The notes below the pieces were generated by a model that saw only the letters and a program-made list of their open reading frames with translations, did not search any database and had not been told where the DNA came from. The position numbers and the translations under genes were made by a program. From Candidatus Thorarchaeota archaeon (GTDB lineage Archaea; Asgardarchaeota; Thorarchaeia; Thorarchaeales; Thorarchaeaceae), in contig JAGSHN010000006.1 in assembly GCA_029855935.1 (NCBI GenBank), positions 1 to 39,942 of the forward strand: a stretch of DNA of 39,942 nt, given 5' to 3'. This document shows positions 37,784-39,942 of the stretch, one piece after another. Numbering within the stretch: the stretch's first letter is position 1; every line of letters begins with the position of its first letter.

Positions 37784-38119
37784 TTACCGCCACCACATCG
37801 CCAAGGCACAACTCAATGAGTGCATATGGTATAGAAACTTGATTGAACACGACATAGTAGACTGGTCAAGGTCCAGTCCAGTAGGCTGCAACACTACTGA
37901 CGACATCATTTTGAAGTCCCTCTGCGTCAATGAGAAGACTCTGTCTTTCTTTTCGGTATGACCATCATCCACCACAATCTTGCAGTCTTCCTGAAGGAGG
38001 ACTACAAGTACCCGGAACTCTGGTAGCCAGAGGAACTGTTCTATGGAAAAAAGTACACGTTGAACCAGGCTTTTGTAGCACCGATCCGCATATGCATCGC
38101 CGCAGAGAATTAGTATCAC
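37784..38119 (-). pseudogene. Short remnant of a variable cassette (C)
   Basis: Contains FLWLPEFRVLVVLL, compare GWPELVVELL and WWPRTHLLL in cassettes B and A. Ends immediately before the partner gene. Lacks the 64-bp box. Confidence 0.4.
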
Positions 38120-38133
38120 TGCCCGTTTCGGAA

Positions 38134-38649
38134 CTACAGGATTCCAATGGGCTCATCTGAAGGAGAATCATTTCTTTCTGTGTCATCCTCCATTCCAATA
38201 GTGCGTTCGTTGGTCTCGAAAAACAACTTCCACTTCATTCTTGTTCTTACTTCCTCCAGTTTGCTGAGAGAACTAAGCACTCGAACCAGCCCCAATGCAA
38301 AAGAGACCATATAGATGTGAAAAATGTGGAAAATCGGGAAGACAAGTCCGAGAGTCACGGTCAAGATATTCTCGATTGATTGGCCTATCAGAGCCCATGC
38401 GATTGCATATAGTATTGCCCAGCAGATTGCCCCGGATGAGAAGACCTTGAGGATGGGTCTTTGAAGTTCTGTCTCATACTGTGCCTTATCGGTCGATGAA
38501 TTCTCTACTATTCTTCTGAGGTCTTCTATTGGACCCCTTAGCTTCCACAATGGAAGTTCTGTGGCACCCAATACAGTGAGTGCAAAGAACAGGTTCTGTA
38601 CGACAAATTCGATTGTATTCTCCTGAAGCAACATATTTTCCTCCTGCAT
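38134..38649 (-). CDS. 3-TM partner ('immunity-like') protein B
   Basis: AT-rich 171-aa membrane ORF starting 4 nt after the cassette B stop. Confidence 0.65.
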   Translation of the reverse strand: MQEENMLLQENTIEFVVQNLFFALTVLGATELPLWKLRGPIEDLRRIVENSSTDKAQYETELQRPILKVFSSGAICWAILYAIAWALIGQSIENILTVTLGLVFPIFHIFHIYMVSFALGLVRVLSSLSKLEEVRTRMKWKLFFETNERTIGMEDDTERNDSPSDEPIGIL

Positions 38650-38653
38650 CTAG

Positions 38654-39436
38654 TCAATCTGGTACAACAATATCATGATAGTAGTCTATTCTACAAAGTA
38701 CGTATGCAAGAGATGTCAAAATGAAAAGGATTCTTGCGACACGTAAGACAGGGTTCCACGTGCCCACCTTTGTCATATCGGTGGCAAACAGAGCCAGATC
38801 AAATGCCCATCTGATGAAGGTAGTAGGCCATTTCTTGAGGGGGATTAGCAGATTCACTACTAGGGCGGCAAACGTGACAGCATAGAACTCTAAGATTTGA
38901 TCATGTGAAACTCCCAACGCCAGCGCAGATGTAGCTATCGCTTCTACGGCGGCAAAGAAAGCAAGCGAGAGCCCGGTTGCTACTCCACCCGCTCCAGCAC
39001 AGGCTACGAGTCCGGCCCCTGACGAGCGAAGTGTATCAAATGTGAACCATGCGAAAAACGCCATGTTTCACAGTTTCAGAATTGAAACTAGACCTGAAAA
39101 TATCGAGAATACTATGTCCGGCATCGTCAAAGATGAAATCAGGAAATTGAATCAGTCCTCTAGAATATCAACGACTATGCGCAAACTACCCAGAAGATTC
39201 ATTGCGAACTCGTAGACAACATCCCGTGCCAATCTGAGTAGTTCCACCACTAGCTCAGGCCATCCAATATTGAGGATTCAATCGCATTGACAGTACGCCC
39301 AAGAATTGTCAAGTGCAACTTCGGCTGTGGCTTCGTCAGCTTTGCCATTCAACGTTCCGTCAAATGCCACAGGCTCGTTCGGGTGCTGTGCGTTCGGGTC
39401 GTGTCTGTTCAGGTCTGCGACGACGCTGATGTCGTG
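38654..39436 (-). pseudogene. Variable membrane-protein cassette B with three in-frame TGA codons (39278-80, 39152-54, 39068-70)
   Basis: A single frame reads HDISVVADLNRHDPNAQHPNEPVAFDGTLNG...CD*ILNIGWPEL...ILED*FNFL...LKL*NMAFFAWF and continues to the stop at 38654. Confidence 0.7.
39373..39436. repeat. 64-bp homology box, copy 2
   Basis: 57/64 identical to 36445-36508. Confidence 0.9.
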
Positions 39437-39500
39437 GACCCTCATCTCTACGAGGGGATAGAAGTGGGCCCTACGGAGTTTGGCCCGGTGTTTCGATGTC

Positions 39501-39942
39501 TCACTCAGACGCAAAATACTCGTCCAGCAGTCCATCGCTAATCATCTCCTCAGCGTCTGCTGCTGCCCGGCATTTGATGGTGGGCCTCCGAATCCAGCAG
39601 TAGGCCCATGGAATGAGAATCACAAGAATGCCGACAGCAGCGTAACCTCCTATAGCATAGAAGAACAGAAAGGTCAGAACGTGGCCTGCGAACCTGATGG
39701 AGTCCACCACAACGTCATAGGCCAGTTGATGGTTGTTGTAGAGAGACAAACACCACTGTGCAAATCGAGACTCGCTTGCAATCATCTCGACACCATATCT
39801 CTCGCGCAGGTATTGTCTCTCCAGTGCACTATGAACGGGACTGCTGAGACAAGTGGACACGACAAGGAGCACTGCGGCAGGAATACCGAACTGTACAATG
39901 CCAGTCCCCCAGGCTGCCCAGTAGGTCTCCACAGTATTCCAA
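39501..39942 (-). CDS. Small membrane protein, probably 5'-truncated by the window edge; likely partner of an upstream cassette
   Basis: Hydrophobic ORF that stays open to the window end. Confidence 0.55.
   Translation of the reverse strand, partial: WNTVETYWAAWGTGIVQFGIPAAVLLVVSTCLSSPVHSALERQYLRERYGVEMIASESRFAQWCLSLYNNHQLAYDVVVDSIRFAGHVLTFLFFYAIGGYAAVGILVILIPWAYCWIRRPTIKCRAAADAEEMISDGLLDEYFASE

Noticed and set aside
36445-39436. 64-bp repeat pair as a diversity-generating retroelement TR/VR
   Set aside because: The 7 mismatches are not confined to adenines of one copy on either strand, the box is at the start rather than the 3' end of the variable region, and no reverse transcriptase is in the window.
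34680-39942. Genetic-code reassignment (TGA=Trp) in the island
   Set aside because: Genes in the same array end on TGA coupled to the next start (e.g. 38654, 35678), and TGG is used freely.
34680-39942. Integron cassette array or CRISPR array
   Set aside because: No integrase, no palindromic attC-like sites between every gene, and no regularly spaced 25-45-bp repeats. The repeat is conserved as coding sequence.

Overview
High-GC archaeal chromosomal DNA, most likely Asgard (Thorarchaeota-like). This is inferred from longin and small-GTPase fusion proteins, an archaeal signal peptidase, an archaeal ATPase-DUF234 protein, TATA-like boxes and GGTGA Shine-Dalgarno sites. Positions 1-33.9 kb hold housekeeping and accessory genes: aspA, a sec11-type peptidase, an MFS transporter, kbl/bioF, a CaCA exchanger, ppa, cysS plus tRNA-Cys(GCA), nadA, an NAD kinase-HTH fusion, a beta-CASP RNase and a HAD hydrolase. 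There are also three DNA methyltransferases with no obvious cognate restriction enzyme, including a circularly permuted m5C enzyme paired with an m6A enzyme next to the tRNA. Two things stand out. (1) A tandem, full-length paralog pair at 24572-28299 has the architecture longin / small GTPase / longin / 2x winged helix. One copy has an intact Arf-like GTPase and the other a catalytically dead pseudo-GTPase, suggesting a GATOR1-, Rag- or SR-like heterodimer. (2) An AT-richer minus-strand array at about 34.0-39.9 kb contains start-less, variable membrane-protein 'tips'. Two tips begin with a shared 64-bp homology box (HDIxVVADLxRHDPNAQxP), and each tip is translationally coupled to a small membrane partner gene. 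This resembles the orphan toxin/immunity cassette arrays of polymorphic toxin systems. All calls come from reading motifs by eye; no database search was run.
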